Shown: positions 26,400 through 38,900 of the stretch, piece by piece
Layout: each line of letters begins with the position of its first letter
Position numbering within the stretch: the first letter of the stretch is position 1
Assembly: GCA_964016885.1 (NCBI GenBank)
Contig: OZ024740.1
Span: 435,736,001 to 435,800,000, forward strand
Direction of reading: 5' to 3'
DNA: 64,000 nucleotides
Source: Eledone cirrhosa
Lineage: Eukaryota
Position numbers and translations under genes: made by a program
Notes under the pieces: generated by a model
The model's input: the letters and a program-made list of their open reading frames with translations, nothing else
Databases searched by the model: none
What the model was told of the DNA's origin: nothing

Positions 26400-26590
26400 A
26401 ACGAAGGAAATGTGGTAAGGAACCAGGTGGACCATAACACACCAAAGTACTCAATACTTAGGGTAGTAGAGTGGGTAATAGAAACAAGTAAGACCCCGAC
26501 GGCTGAGCTCAAGCCGTTTCGACGGCTAACTCTGACAGAATTAGCCGTCAAAACGGCTTGAGCTCAGCCGTCGGGGTCTTACTTCTTCCT
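26400..26590. repeat. Second copy of the half-hammerhead palindrome module
   Basis: Similar to 21470-21663. The palindrome at ~26481-26590 has a few mismatches. Confidence 0.8.
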
Positions 26591-26890
26591 ATATATATAT
26601 ATATATATCTGTCTATATATATATCATAAAACATGTCTATAGAATCGCCAGATAAAATATATACTGTTTCCTCTCCCAATTAGCATAATTAACCATATAA
26701 AAAATCAATTAGACGAAGCTATAAGAATAAAAGCTCCTTTGAAGAAATCTCCGACAAATAACCGAAAGCAGCCTTCGCGGCGGTTGCGATGGAGTATTTA
26801 TCGAGTATTTATCGTGTATAAATCGGCCAGATATACAGTCAACTAAACAGAATTAGGTGTAAAATAAACTAGAAGGAAAGTGAACATATT

Positions 26891-26978
26891 TAGTTACCTC
26901 TACCATGGTTTCGTCCGCATTTTAAGATATCCGATAACATTGGAAATCTAGAGCACCGGACTCTTCAGGAATTAGCTA
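26891..26978 (-). ncRNA. Type I hammerhead ribozyme (module ~26625-27180)
   Basis: Minus strand: tagctaattc-CTGAAGA-gtccg...cggac-GAAA-ccatgg-TA-gaggtaacta. Confidence 0.75.
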
Positions 26979-27174
26979 TTATTTAGACAATTAATTTTCC
27001 AAAGTGATTGCGCCAAGAATACATTAAAAAATGGCTAAGAATCGTGATGTGGCAGCGGTCAAATTAGAAAGGATGTGATTAGTTGCTTACGGCTAGTAGG
27101 CTTTTTGCTAGAAAGCGCAGCCCAATACAGCCAAAATTGTATCTCAACCTAACGGGAGATTATTACATATAAAG

Positions 27175-27214
<40 letters not shown>

Positions 27215-27294
27215 TTTGCAATGGGTCACTTTGTGGCTCAATGAAGAGTTAATAAATTAAATAATCAGAGCTATATATCATATATATATATTTC

Positions 27295-27637
27295 ATTTCA
27301 TTTTTTCATTTCATTTTACGTCCACTTTTTCCCTGCTTGCAAGGGTGGGACAGGAACTGATTCTGGCTTGATTTCTACAGCTGGATGCCCTTCCTAACAC
27401 CAACCTCATTTACAGTGAGTGGTGGGTGCTTTTTTGCCTTGGCACCTCCACGTCCACTTTGCAGTGGAATGATATGGGCCCCAGTCCCTATCATCTCATT
27501 TCTACATCTGAGTAAACTGGAGCAATGTGAAATAAAGTGCCTTGCCCAAGGAAACAACACATCACCCGGTCTGAGAATTGAACTCACAACCTTTCGATTG
27601 CAAGGCCAATGCTCTAACCACTAAGCTATGTGCCTCC
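27295..27637 (-). mobile_element. tRNA-derived SINE (CORE-like body, RTE family A 3' tail)
   Basis: Head gcttagtggttagagcattgg..gagttcaattctc (A and B boxes), 'ccttgggcaaggcact', and tail cccacccttgcaagcaggg..ggacgtaaaatg. Confidence 0.8.
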
Positions 27638-27677
<40 letters not shown>

Positions 27678-27681
<4 letters not shown>

Positions 27682-27866
27682 TGAAAAAAAATGAAAACGA
27701 AATTTCATTTCTCACTCTTAGTATGGCACTTACTTAAATGTAAGTATGTATGTATACGTACATACATATATGTATACAGACATACAGTATACATACATAC
27801 TTATATTTAAGTAAGTGCCATACTAAGAGTGAGAAATGAAATTTCGTTTTCATTTTTTTTCAACTT
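27678..27866. repeat. Near-perfect inverted repeat (~80 bp arms) at the start of an HHR module (~27678-28165)
   Basis: aagttgaaaaaaaatgaaaacgaaatttcatttctcactcttagtatggcacttacttaaat.. and its reverse complement ending at 27866. Confidence 0.9.
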
Positions 27867-27987
27867 ATCGTTTTCGGTATGCCTGACCGATTTAACTCAC
27901 TCAATATGCAAATTAGGCTGCTCAGCCGTTAATTTTCATAAGGAAAGTATATACTTTCGAACGTTCAACTATCTGGCAGATGGGTAA

Positions 27988-28030
27988 ACGGTGCTGATGA
28001 TAGCTAACAAGCTTGAAACTAGTACATCGT
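27988..28030 (+). ncRNA. Minimal type I hammerhead ribozyme
   Basis: acggtg-CTGATGA-t-agct(aaca)agct-t-GAAA-ctag-TA-catcgt. Confidence 0.75.
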
Positions 28031-28193
28031 TCCTGTGTCAGTGTTGAACAAAAAGGTGACGTGGTTGCCTTAACACCGTATGGCATAAATTCAGGCTGTT
28101 CGCTTTGTTGACAAACAAACGAACAAAGCGGCCGGCGTTATAATAAACGTAGGCTAAACTGATGCGTGCATATATGTATGTGTACCTGTATGC

Positions 28194-28252
<59 letters not shown>

Positions 28253-28306
28253 TGCATGCTACTGTACGTCTGTATACATATATGTATGTACGTATACATA
28301 CATACT

Positions 28307-28345
<39 letters not shown>

Positions 28346-28349
<4 letters not shown>

Positions 28350-28977
28350 TATCGATAATCGGAATTTCGGCCCACAAAATAACGAAACACAATCTTCGAA
28401 ATGCGTGGCAAAGGGCTCAATAGTTTGGATAAACCAGAGCTATAACTATCGTTTAAATACCAACGCACGGAGACAATGCTTAAAATCACTCACACAGCAG
28501 AAAAAAACGACCAGGAAAATTCGGGTCAGACAAATAATAATATAAAGGAATGAAAAATCTTTACTCGGACCCGCTAGAATGATGGTAAATTCCAGCTTTT
28601 TGGTTTCTGCGGTTCCTAAATCAGTTACCGTCAGCTTACATAAAAAAATATTCGGCTTCTGGCAGAAAGATGAACAAGGAAAACCACTTTCTTAACAGGC
28701 ATTTCGTTCGAATATACAGAAGAACCCGTTACTAAATCCACGTGGTGTTTAGCAGGGGAGGGAACCCCTATATTAGGCGAATGAATTCGGCAGTGTATAT
28801 ATTTGTAAAAATACAATATATCACATATCGAATTAGAGTTCTCAACAGACGGGTTAAAATTAACATGAGCTATTCATCAGTCAATAAGATCAACTAAAAA
28901 ATCAATAAAATTAACTGGTCAATAGCTAAAGACTGGAGATAAATACAAATAAATTATCGAGAATCGGAATTTAGGCC

Positions 28978-28980
<3 letters not shown>
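28346..28980. mobile_element. ~635 bp non-coding insertion with ~30 bp direct terminal repeats, in (TA)n
   Basis: aaattatcgataatcggaatttcggcccac (28346) versus aaattatcgagaatcggaatttaggcccac (28951). Confidence 0.5.
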
Positions 28981-29016
<36 letters not shown>

Positions 29017-29279
29017 GTCTATATATATATCATTAGTTTAGCGAGGTTTTTTATATGAAATCGTGTGTCGAAACAAATATTGTTATACTTGGGGAGGGTC
29101 ATATTTGTGTAATATTGCCAGAATTAATAACAGAACACACTCACTGTTTGGTTGGTTTTCGCTTCTCGCTGTCTTTTATATCTGCGATCTAACTTAATCG
29201 GTCCTCAATGTTGCCATTGACTGACCGACGGTAAAAAATAATACAGATACAATATAGACACAAACACATATATATAGTT

Positions 29280-29332
29280 TACATAATTTACGTAAATCTT
29301 TCGTTGCACATCTGCAACATCGTCAGTGGTGT
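29280..29332 (-). ncRNA. Degenerate hammerhead in module ~29030-29380
   Basis: Minus strand: acca-CTGACGA-t-gttgca(gatg)tgcaac-GAAA-g-atttacgtaaat-TA-tgt. Stem I is weak. Confidence 0.45.
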
Positions 29333-29450
29333 TATATTTTTTCCTCCTGTTGTGTTGTATGTCTACGCCATTTTTTATTCAGTCTGTCTATCTATATATA
29401 TATCTGTCTATATATATATATATATATATATATCTGTCTATATATATATA

Positions 29451-31650
29451 TCATCATCATCATCATCATCATCGTTTTACGTCCGTTCTTCCACGCTAGC
29501 ATGGGTTAGACGGGTTGTCCTGTTGTGGGCAGTGTCTGGTCAGCTGACCATGCCTTGTTCATACAGGAACTGATTTGGCTTGATTTCTACAGCTGGATGC
29601 CCTTCCTAACACCAACCTCATTTACAGTCAGTGTTGGGTGCTTTTTCGTGGCGCCTACACGTCCACTTTACAGTGTGGGCTGGGTGCTTTTTTGCCGTGG
29701 CACCTCCACGACCACCTTGCAGTGGGAGGGTGTGGAGGCATATTGTCTGTATGCTTCAGCTTGTACCCATGGAAGGTCGGGTACTCTGTATTACTGCGTG
29801 ATGCCAGAGGTCACGGTCGTGTGTCATCGCCTTTGAGAGGTGTAATTGGGTAAGGTCGGCTTTTATCACCTCATCCCAGGTCATCTTGGGTCTCCCCACT
29901 CCGCGGTTTCCATCGACTTCTAGTGCTCTGCACCTTTTTATGCAGCTGTCATCATTCATACGCATCACATGTCCATACCAACGCAACCGCCTCTCCTGCA
30001 CACAGCATTTGATTCCTCTTATGCTCAGTCTCTCTCTTAATTCATTTATGCTTTGTCGTTTGCGTATATTACTATTACATATCCATCGGAACATGCAGGC
30101 TTCGTTTCTCTCTAATCTACGTAAGTCTTCCACCTTCAGCGCTCTGGTATCACTACCATGTAACATTGCTGTTCGGATACACGCATCATACAGTCTGCCT
30201 TTCATTCTGAGGGAGAAGCCTTTTGCAGCTAGCAGTGGTAGTAGTTCCCTGAACTTCTTCCATCCCGTTCTTACCCTAGTTATTGTACTTTCTGAACACC
30301 CACCTCCGCTGCTAATTCGGTCACCTAGGTAGCAGAAGCTGTCTACTGTTTCTACAGAGCCCACCCAGAGATTGGTGGTCCTTGTTTCCTGTGGCTGTTT
30401 GCTGCTTGCTGTCCCAGCACAGCTGCTGCATGTGAAGCCTACATTCTTAATTAAGCTTCCTGAGATCCCGCTACATCTCTTGTGTACCCATTGTTTGCAT
30501 TTGGGGTAGAGAATGGAGTTCCTACCTACACCTTTCCTACATACTGAGCAAGGCCATTTCCCTGAGGGGATCTGGGTTCTCTTTTCTCGTCTACTTACAA
30601 GGACCTTAGTCTTTGTCATGTTGTCTTTGAGACCTTTTCTTTCTAGTCCCTGCTTCCAACTTTGGAATTTATTCTCTAGTTCTACCATAGATTCAGCTAT
30701 GAGTGTGAGGTCATCAGCATACAGGAGTTCCCATGGGCATCCGGTCTTAAACTCCTCCGTTATTGCCTGCAGGACTATGATGAACAGGAGGGGGCTAAGA
30801 ACAGAGCCCTGGTGGACCCCAACCTGTACGCTAAATTCCTCGCTATACTCATTGCTAATCATAACTTTGTTGACTGCTCCCCTATACATGGCTTGTACCG
30901 CTTTCACAAGCCATTCATCTACTCCTAGTTTTCTAAGAGCCCACCAGATTACAGCACGTAGAACTCTGTCAAAGGCTTTCTCAAGGTCGACAAATGCCAA
31001 GTAGAGTGGCTTACTTTTAGCTAGGTACTTTTCCTGTAATTGCCTCACAAGGAAGAGGGCATCAGTGGTGCCTCTTCCTGGTACAAACCCAAATTGCATC
31101 TCGTCTATTTTCACCCGGTCCCTCATCAACTGCGCTATAACTCTTTCTGTTACTTTCATGACCTGGTCCATCAGCTTTATACCTCTATAGTTTCCTCTAT
31201 CGAGTGCATCACCTTTACCTTTGTAGCAGTTGACAATGATGCTACTGCACCAATCTTTTGGTATGACACCTTCTAGTATTACCTGGTTAACAATACGTGT
31301 GATTATAGTGTGACCTACAGACCCAGATGCCTTCAGCATCTCGGCAGCTATACCCGATGGACCGGTTGCCTTCCCCATCTTCATATCTTTGATTGCCTTA
31401 CTTACTACGTTGCTTCTGACTTGTACTGCTGGCCCCTTTATAGGGTCTACTTGTGGTAGGGTCTCTTCTTCCCATACATTCTCCTCATTTAGTAATCTAT
31501 CATAATGACTCTTCCATGCATCTTTCTTCTCAGCACTTGTGAGGGCAAGCTCACCTTTATCATTCCGGATACACTTCTCTCCAATGACATCACAATTCTC
31601 TCTGACACACTGCCTCGCAATCTTGAATACCTCCTGTTTCTGGTCCTTAC
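29451..31650 (-). mobile_element. RTE-clade LINE, family C, 5'-truncated
   Basis: Open RT-PHD-thumb frame and a 3' UTR at 29755-29451 ending in (GAT)n. The 5' junction carries a 20-bp tandem duplication. Confidence 0.92.
29756..31384 (-). CDS. RTE reverse transcriptase with PHD finger (uninterrupted partial ORF, endonuclease missing)
   Basis: [75 protein letters not shown]. Confidence 0.75.
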   Translation of the reverse strand: MKMGKATGPSGIAAEMLKASGSVGHTIITRIVNQVILEGVIPKDWCSSIIVNCYKGKGDALDRGNYRGIKLMDQVMKVTERVIAQLMRDRVKIDEMQFGFVPGRGTTDALFLVRQLQEKYLAKSKPLYLAFVDLEKAFDRVLRAVIWWALRKLGVDEWLVKAVQAMYRGAVNKVMISNEYSEEFSVQVGVHQGSVLSPLLFIIVLQAITEEFKTGCPWELLYADDLTLIAESMVELENKFQSWKQGLERKGLKDNMTKTKVLVSRREKRTQIPSGKWPCSVCRKGVGRNSILYPKCKQWVHKRCSGISGSLIKNVGFTCSSCAGTASSKQPQETRTTNLWVGSVETVDSFCYLGDRISSGGGCSESTITRVRTGWKKFRELLPLLAAKGFSLRMKGRLYDACIRTAMLHGSDTRALKVEDLRRLERNEACMFRWICNSNIRKRQSINELRERLSIRGIKCCVQERRLRWYGHVMRMNDDSCIKRCRALEVDGNRGVGRPKMTWDEVIKADLTQLHLSKAMTHDRDLWHHAVIQSTRPSMGTS

Positions 31651-31931
31651 CTCCTGTTTCTGGTCCTTACCTCCTGTTTCTATATATATATATATCTGTC
31701 ATATATATATAATCTGTCTCCTGTCTGCTTGTCTGTCTGTCTGTCTGTCTGCATGTGTCTGTCTGTCTGTCTGTCAGTGTGTGTCAGTCTGTCTGTTTGT
31801 GTCTGTCTGTCTGTCTGAGTTTCTAGATATTATGTCTCTTTTTATCACACACACACACTGTAACACAAGACGTGCTTGTTTTGCATATGTGCTTGCTTTG
31901 TGCATCGTAATTTGTGTGTATGTATACCTCA

Positions 31932-32046
31932 TGAGTGTGTGTGTGTACAGCTCATTATGTGTATGTGTACAGCTCATTATGTGTGTGTGTACAGCTCATT
32001 ATGTGTGTGTGTACAGCTCATTATGTGTGTGTGTACACCTCATTAT
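31932..32046. repeat. Minisatellite (gtgtgt)n-acagctcattat, ~5 copies
   Basis: Direct reading. Confidence 0.85.
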
Positions 32047-33000
32047 GGGTGTATATAAATGTAAATACCATCGAAATGTTTCATTTGTTTATGAAAAATT
32101 CCTCTATTTTCATTAAATTCCTCTTTTCTACTCTCTCCTCTCCCCCTCCTTCTCTCCTCACCCTCTCTCTCTCTTACAGGTTGGTAAGATTAACTACCTG
32201 GTTTAACACCACCTAGTCCTTAGATGTTGTTAGTGCCCCCCGCCTCCATGACTGTTTTTCTTGTAGATATTTAGACTGTGCCTCAATTCCACCAATCACC
32301 AATTTTAAAGGGTTTACAAATATATAGAAGAACTACCCCAAAATAGCTTATTAAACACACACACAACGTTAACTAAAATCTCAAATATTATTTTAGTATT
32401 GAAGAATATTTGGATAACATCCATGGGCTTGGCTGATCTCACTTGGGGATCCAGACAGATCAGTTAGAGATGGTTGCTTCTGACAGGACCTGCTGGAAGG
32501 AGTGTTTGAGGACTCTGCCCCTACAACCCTCTCGGGTTACATCACTTGTATACATTTATTTTTTCATGTCTTGGAATCTAAACATCTCCAAAATTCTAGA
32601 CTCACATTTTATAATTATTTTCAATTACAAACATATCTTATAAAACTATAAACTGCCATGAAATATTTTTCTGCTGTATTTGTTCTGTGTACTGACACTT
32701 ACACATAAGGGTGGGAACTTCCTGGCAGTCTTGTAATGAAGTAGAAGCTAAACACTTAGTCCTGAATATAACATGAGATGCCCTCAACATGGACAGCAAG
32801 AGATGCCCTCAACATGGACAGCTACAGTAACATTTGCCCTCAACATGGACAGCAATAATTACATTCATTCTTAGTTTATCAAAGTTTAGAAAAGATGAAA
32901 TGAAAATTTCACCCGAGCAGGATTGGAACTAAGAACCTCAAACAGTTTCATCTGACACTCTCACTTTGTCATTCTAATTCACAGTCCTCTTATCTATTAA

Positions 33001-33217
33001 CCCTTTAGCATTTAAACTGGCCATATCCGGCCAGAATTCTTTCACCTCTTTCTGTTCAAACTGGCCATAACCGGCCACTCATACCGAAATTAAGGTATTT
33101 TTCTTGAAATAAATATCAAAATCTCATAGATTTGATGTTATGTGAGATATTATATGAGGTAAAGCCTTTACCGTAAAAATACAATAGTATATAAAGACTA
33201 ATGCAAATTCTAAAAGG
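33001..33217. mobile_element. piggyBac-like MITE (TTAA target, CCCTT termini)
   Basis: TTAA|ccctttagcattt...aaattctaaaagg|TTAA. A second copy lies at 50611-50828. Confidence 0.7.
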
Positions 33218-33629
33218 TTAAACAATGAAAGACAAGTAACCCTAAAAATACAAGGTAGTTCTGACTCGAACCTTTAGGAACAGCCCTGGGTTCTCCTAAA
33301 CCTGTACTGCTCTAGCCCCCTGAACTGCTCTGGGCCTGCCAAACCTGTATCTCCCCCATCATAATATGGCCCTGACCACATAGATTTACCCACATTAGTT
33401 TTTGTCTTTTCAGGTATTTAAAACTAGCATTCAGTGTGGCCCTTTTCTTTTTTTCAGACATTAGGGTACAAATTGAGGGAGATTAGGCTTCTATTTCTAG
33501 CAGCTCATGTATCCATTTAGAGGCTCTCTCTCATTGGCTCACTAAAACAGAAGTATGCCATTATAACCAATAATGTTCAACCTATTGACCCACTTAGATA
33601 ATCCTCACCCTGTGTCTGTAGTTCCTGTG

Positions 33630-33805
33630 TATATATCTACAGGTGTGTATATAGACACCTGTAGATATATACCTATATACTCATATCTATCTACAGGTGT
33701 GTATATATACACCTGTAGATATATACCTATATACTCATATCTATCTACAGGTGTGTATATACACCTGTAGATATATACCTATATACTCATCTATCTACAG
33801 GTGTG
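33630..33805. repeat. ~54-bp tandem repeat (3 copies), each unit an internal palindrome
   Basis: atctacaggtgt-gtatata(g/t)-acacctgtagat, repeated. Confidence 0.8.
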
Positions 33806-33865
33806 TGTGTGTATACACCATATTTCTATATGTCTATATACTCGTATCTATCTACACAACCATAT

Positions 33866-34030
33866 ACATCATCATCATCATTGGTTAACGTCCATCTTCT
33901 ACGCTAGCATGGGTTAGACGGGAGTTGTCCCACTTGAGGCAAGGTTGGTCGGGTGACCGTGTCTTACTCGTATAGGACTATCTGGCAGGTTTTCTACGGC
34001 TGGATGCCCTTCCTAACACCAACCACATTT
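33866..34030 (-). mobile_element. RTE-type bipartite tail fragment
   Basis: ggatgcccttcctaacacc motif, gctagcatgggtt..gacgg and (cat)n. Confidence 0.75.
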
Positions 34031-34091
34031 ACATACATATACATACACACATGTATGTGTGTATGTATATGTATGCAGACAATTGTGTTTA

Positions 34092-36847
34092 TCATCATCA
34101 TTTTACGTCCGCTTTTCCCTGCTTGCAAGGGTGGGACAAGTCTTATTCAGCACAGCATCTCTCCACTTGTCACAGTCCTTCGTCATCTCCCCCGTGAGCT
34201 TCAGCAATCTGGGGTCTGTTCTCACCACCTCCGCCCATGTTTTTTGTGATCTACCTCTACCACGCCTTCCTTCAACTGGCATTTCCTGGCACTTCTTCAC
34301 TCATCGGTCATCCTCCATGCGCATCACATGTCCATACCACCTCAGTCTCCTCTCCCGTACACTACATTCTATCCCTCTCAGACACAGTTTCTCTCTCAAC
34401 ACATTCATGCTGGGTCGTTCATGCACATTGACATTGCACATCCAACTGAGCATGCTTGCCTCATTTCTCTCCAGCCATCGCATATCCTCTGCAGTTGCTG
34501 CCCATGTCTCACTACCATGCAGCATCGTGCTCCTCACACAGGCATCATATAACCATCCTTTCGTACGCAGCGAGAAACCCTTCGTCAGCAGAGGAAGCAG
34601 CTCCCTAAACTTCTTCCAACCCGTCCTATTCTAGATACTATGGCCTCGGAACACCCCCTCCCATGCTAATCTGATCTCCTAGGTACCGGAAGCTATCCAC
34701 CACTTCTATAGCACCCACCTGCATTTGAAAAATGCGTCTATCAATGCGACTTCTACTGTCTAATTTCCCTGTACATCTATTGCATACATATTTCTCCCTA
34801 CCTGTTAATTTGCCTGCTATCCCACTACATTTCTTGTGTACCCAGGATCTGCATTGTGTGCATTTTATAGAATGTATGCCACTTCTTTTTCTGCATATCG
34901 AACATGGCCCTGACGGAATCAGAGTTTTGTCCTCTTTTCTACTCATCAACACTTTTGTCTTAGCTAGGTTCACTCTCAGTCCTCTTGCTTCCAACTGCTG
35001 TTTCCATAGCCAGAATTTATTCTCTAGCTCCTCTACTGATTCTGCTATAAGAACCAGATCGTCAGTATAGAGAAGTTCCCATGGACAGCCAGTCTTAAAC
35101 TCCTCTGTTATGGCTTGGAGGACTATAATGAACAAGAGCGGGCTGAGGACCGAACCCTGATGTACTCCTACTTGTATCTGGAATTCCTCACTAAACTCCA
35201 TTCCTACCCTCACTTTACTGACAGCACCTCTATACAAAGTTTGCACTTTCCTTAGGGACCACCAGATGACAGATCGGGGTACCCTATCAAAGGCCTTCTC
35301 TAGGTCAACAAAAGCTAAGTATAGTGGCTTATTCTTCTCTAAGAACCTCTCTTGTAATTGTCTTACCAAGAAGAGGGCATCTGTTGTACTCTTCCCAGGA
35401 ACAAAACCAAACTGCATCTCATTTAGTTTGACCCTTTCTCTAATTAGTTGTGCTAATATCCTTTCTGCCACTTTCATAACCTGATCCATCAGTTTTATAC
35501 CCATATAATTGCTCCTCTCCAGAGCATCCCCTTTACCTTTGTAGCAATTTATGAGAATACTGCTGCACCAGTCTTTGGGTATGACACCACCATATATAGC
35601 CTGATTGATGATGCATGCAACCAGTTTAGTGCCTACGTCCCCTGATGCCTTCACCATCTCAGCAACTATCCCCGACGGTCCAGTGGCCTTACCATTTTTC
35701 ATTTCCTTAATCGCCTCTTGGACCCTATATTCGTCAATCTCAATAGCTGGTCCCTCTGTCGGATCTACAGAGGGTAATTTCTCTCTCTCCCATTCGTTCT
35801 CCACATTCATCAGTCTCTCATAATGACATTTCCAGGCCTCCTTTTTCTGATCATTCGTGACACTATGTACACCGGCATCATTCCGGAAACATTTATCTCC
35901 AACAACATCCTGATTTGCATTGACACACTGCCTTGCAATGTGGAACACTGCATGCCTCTGATCTTCCCGTCGCAGAACATTGGCAAACCTCCTACTCTCA
36001 GCCTCCCTGCGTGCTAAGTACACCTGATGTCTAGCTTCTCTCTTAGCAGCTGTATATCCTTCTCTACTCCCACCCTTTTTCCAAGCCTTCCATGCTAGTC
36101 TTTTGTCTCTCATGGCCCTATCTACCGTGCTGTTCCACCACCAGGTCACTCTCTGTCTGGTTGGAGCTCTGCTCCAGCCACAAGTTTCATCAGTACCCTT
36201 CAGTAAATTGTCACCTAAGAAATTCCAGTTATCATCTACGTCATATGACTCTAAATTGTCTTCTTTTTCGTCATACACATCTTGAAGGGCTTTCCTAAAT
36301 TTTTATTTTAGTGAAAGGTCTTTTAGCTTCCAGTCCTTTCTTCTCCACACCTTCCTGTATGTCTCAGTCCATCTCTTGCTTACTGAGATATCACTCACGA
36401 CTAACCTATGTTGTGGGGTACATTCTTCCCCAGGTTATGCCTTGATATTAGACACTATCTGCCTGTCCCGCTGCCTAACTAGTAAGAAGTCAATCTGGCT
36501 TATGTGCTCGCCTGATTTGTAGGTTATTAGGTGATTGGCAGGCTTCTGGAAGTTAGTGTTGCAAATGGTTAGTGTACTTGCATCACACATGGCCACACCA
36601 GCCACCCACTACCGTGCGCAGCCCTAACATGGTTAGTGCTATTGCTGTTTATGCAGTTATTGCGATATATATTTGTTGTTGTACTCATAATTGTTTTGGC
36701 CTTAATACACTGGTTGGATGCCCTTCCTAACACCAGTGCCACTTTACAGCGTGGACTGGGTGCTTTTATTTGTGCCACCAGCACTAGAGAGGATGTCTTA
36801 CTGGACTCATGGGCCCTCTCTACCCCTCCATTTTACAGCATGGTCAT
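34092..36847 (-). mobile_element. RTE family A copy 2: both ends present, most of the endonuclease deleted
   Basis: Same 5' start (ATGACCATGCTGTAAAATGGAGGG) as 8584. RT ORF 36278-34638 with LYTDD and PHD, then C-terminus KTCPTLASREKRT* and (GAT)n. Confidence 0.92.
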
Positions 36848-36884
36848 AACAATAATAATAACACTATTAATAATTATTAATTAA

Positions 36885-37015
36885 TTGTTTCTACTTTTGG
36901 CACAAGGCCAGCAATTATCCCAGTGTATTACTGGTACTTTATTTTATCGATCCCGTATGGATGAAAGGCAAAGTTAACCCCGGTGGGATTTGAACTCAGA
37001 TCGTAAAGGGCCATG
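36885..37015 (-). mobile_element. SINE fragment with a Meta-like central domain
   Basis: Reverse complement of gagttcaaatcc..tttgcctttcatcc..gtcgataaaataaagtaccag..ggccttgtgccaaaagtagaaac. Confidence 0.7.
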
Positions 37016-37879
37016 CAATCGTGCAATGCCTGTGCGTGAAGAATATTTTTAAAGTGAGGAAAGACTGTGCACTGAGCCAATCCCACTCTCTGAGCGCCAG
37101 TAGCTATAACCCGAAAAAAAGAAAAGAAAAGCCTCATATATATTCATATCTATCTACACAGCTACATAATATCGCTATATACACACACTTGCGTATATAA
37201 ATATATAAAATACAAAAGTGTTTATATACCGTCTAAACCCATGCTAGCGTGGATGATAGATGTTGATGATGATGATGATGATACTCTCCCCAAATACTGT
37301 ATACACATTATTTATATATGTTCATATTTATTCATATGATTCAATACAACTACATAATATAGCTATATACGTATGTATGTATATATTAAGACAATAGTGT
37401 TTATATACTGTCCCAAGATACTATATATAGACTAAGATAAACATTACACCCTCCCAGAGGGAATATTACAAACATATCCCAGTTTTACAGTTGTAAATGC
37501 CTCATTACTTAGTTTTCTATCATTCGATCTATTTAGTTTATCACCCACCCCTCTCTCTCTCCTTCCCTCAATGGCCTTTATAAATCATTATAACATTATT
37601 GATAATCATATATCATCGTTAGTGGAGATAATTCTTCAATTTCCATAGAGACACCGACAAAGTGAAAACAGAAAATCAATTTTCTCTTACTGTCAACACT
37701 TTACAAATTGATTAGTGGAATCAAAAATAATCAATTAAATTGAAACCAGTATATAACTGGTTACATGTTTTGCTGATCCTGGATACATGAAAGTCTATGA
37801 TAGGATTTGAACTCTTCTCAAACAGAACTAAATAGTGGAAGGTCTTTTTTCATTATAGGATTTGTTTAATGCCACTCTG

Positions 37880-38030
37880 TCTCATCTCAGTTGATCTTTC
37901 GATCAAACCATTTCTCATCTCAACTGATCTTCCGATTAAACCATTTCTCATCTCAGTTGATCTTCCGATCAAACCTTTTCTCGTCTCAACTGATCTTCTA
38001 ATTAAACCGTTTCTTATCTCAGTTGATCTC
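37880..38030. repeat. 33-bp tandem repeat with alternating cagttg/caactg units
   Basis: tctcatctca(gt/ac)tgatcttccgatcaaaccatt, ~4.5 copies. Confidence 0.75.
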
Positions 38031-38190
38031 CTGTTTTATGTCTGAGAAATAGGCAAAACTCCAAACCTTATTTATAAGCCAAGGTAACTAATCAACACAT
38101 TATGTTTTTGAAATTCTCTTGAGTGGAGAATAAATTTATGAAATTTTAATATTTTAAGTGTTTTAAGTGTCATTATATAATTCTCCATTA

Positions 38191-38380
38191 AGGGCGGTGA
38201 ATTTGCAGTACCGGTAGAGGGTTGGATGCCATGCTTTCTAGCATAGTTACGTCTCTTTACGGTCTGAGTTCAAATCCCGTCGAGGTTAACTTTGCCTTTC
38301 ATCCTTATGGGGTCGATAAAATAAAGTACCACTAATGTACTGGGTAATTGCTGGCCTTGTGCCAAAAGTAGAAACAATTA
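38191..38380 (+). mobile_element. tRNA-derived SINE with a Meta-like domain
   Basis: B box gagttcaaatccc and gcctttcatccttatggggtcgataaaataaagtacc. Copies at 36885 and 43252. Confidence 0.75.
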
Positions 38381-38419
38381 TAATTCTCCATTATTTAATG
38401 ATTTAAAAAAAATTTTTTT

Positions 38420-38900
38420 TTTAATACTAATTTCTGACCATTTTGAATGTTTTAAATATTTTAGCTGTCATTTAGAGAATAGTTTTTGTTATATAACAAG
38501 TTTTACCAATTGTGTGTGTAGCAGAGCTCCAGCATCCAAGATATGGATGCAGTATTTCATTGTGGATCTAACCAAAATTTTGTAGAGGGGTTAGATATTT
38601 TGGGGAGCTGAGGCATTTTTTGGCTCTAAAGAGAAATGTCATTGTCTTTGTGATGCAGTGTTATGTTAAGGATGTGGTCACCAGCAGGGATACTCAGTAA
38701 TGGGGGCTTGAAGCATTTGAAATTATCATGAGGGTTCTAGCTGCATGTCATTTTAGGATGTGGGGCAAAAATATGTTCTTAATATTGAATTCTACAAGAG
38801 TAACATGACCTCATTAGGGGATATTTTCAATGTCTTTGTTCATGGAGTCCCTGTAGATTTGGTATGAGGGGTGTAACCTGTGTGACATTTGGGTATGGAA
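38420..38900 (-). mobile_element. Old, degraded CR1/L2/Jockey-group LINE fragment
   Basis: The minus strand translates to LYKILVRSTMKYCIHI, similar to the LYK..VRP.LEY motif downstream of RT. Confidence 0.35.

Noticed and set aside
28560-28890. Hammerhead from the minus-strand CTGATGA at ~28874-28880
   Set aside because: I could not find a GAAA with convincing stems I-III.
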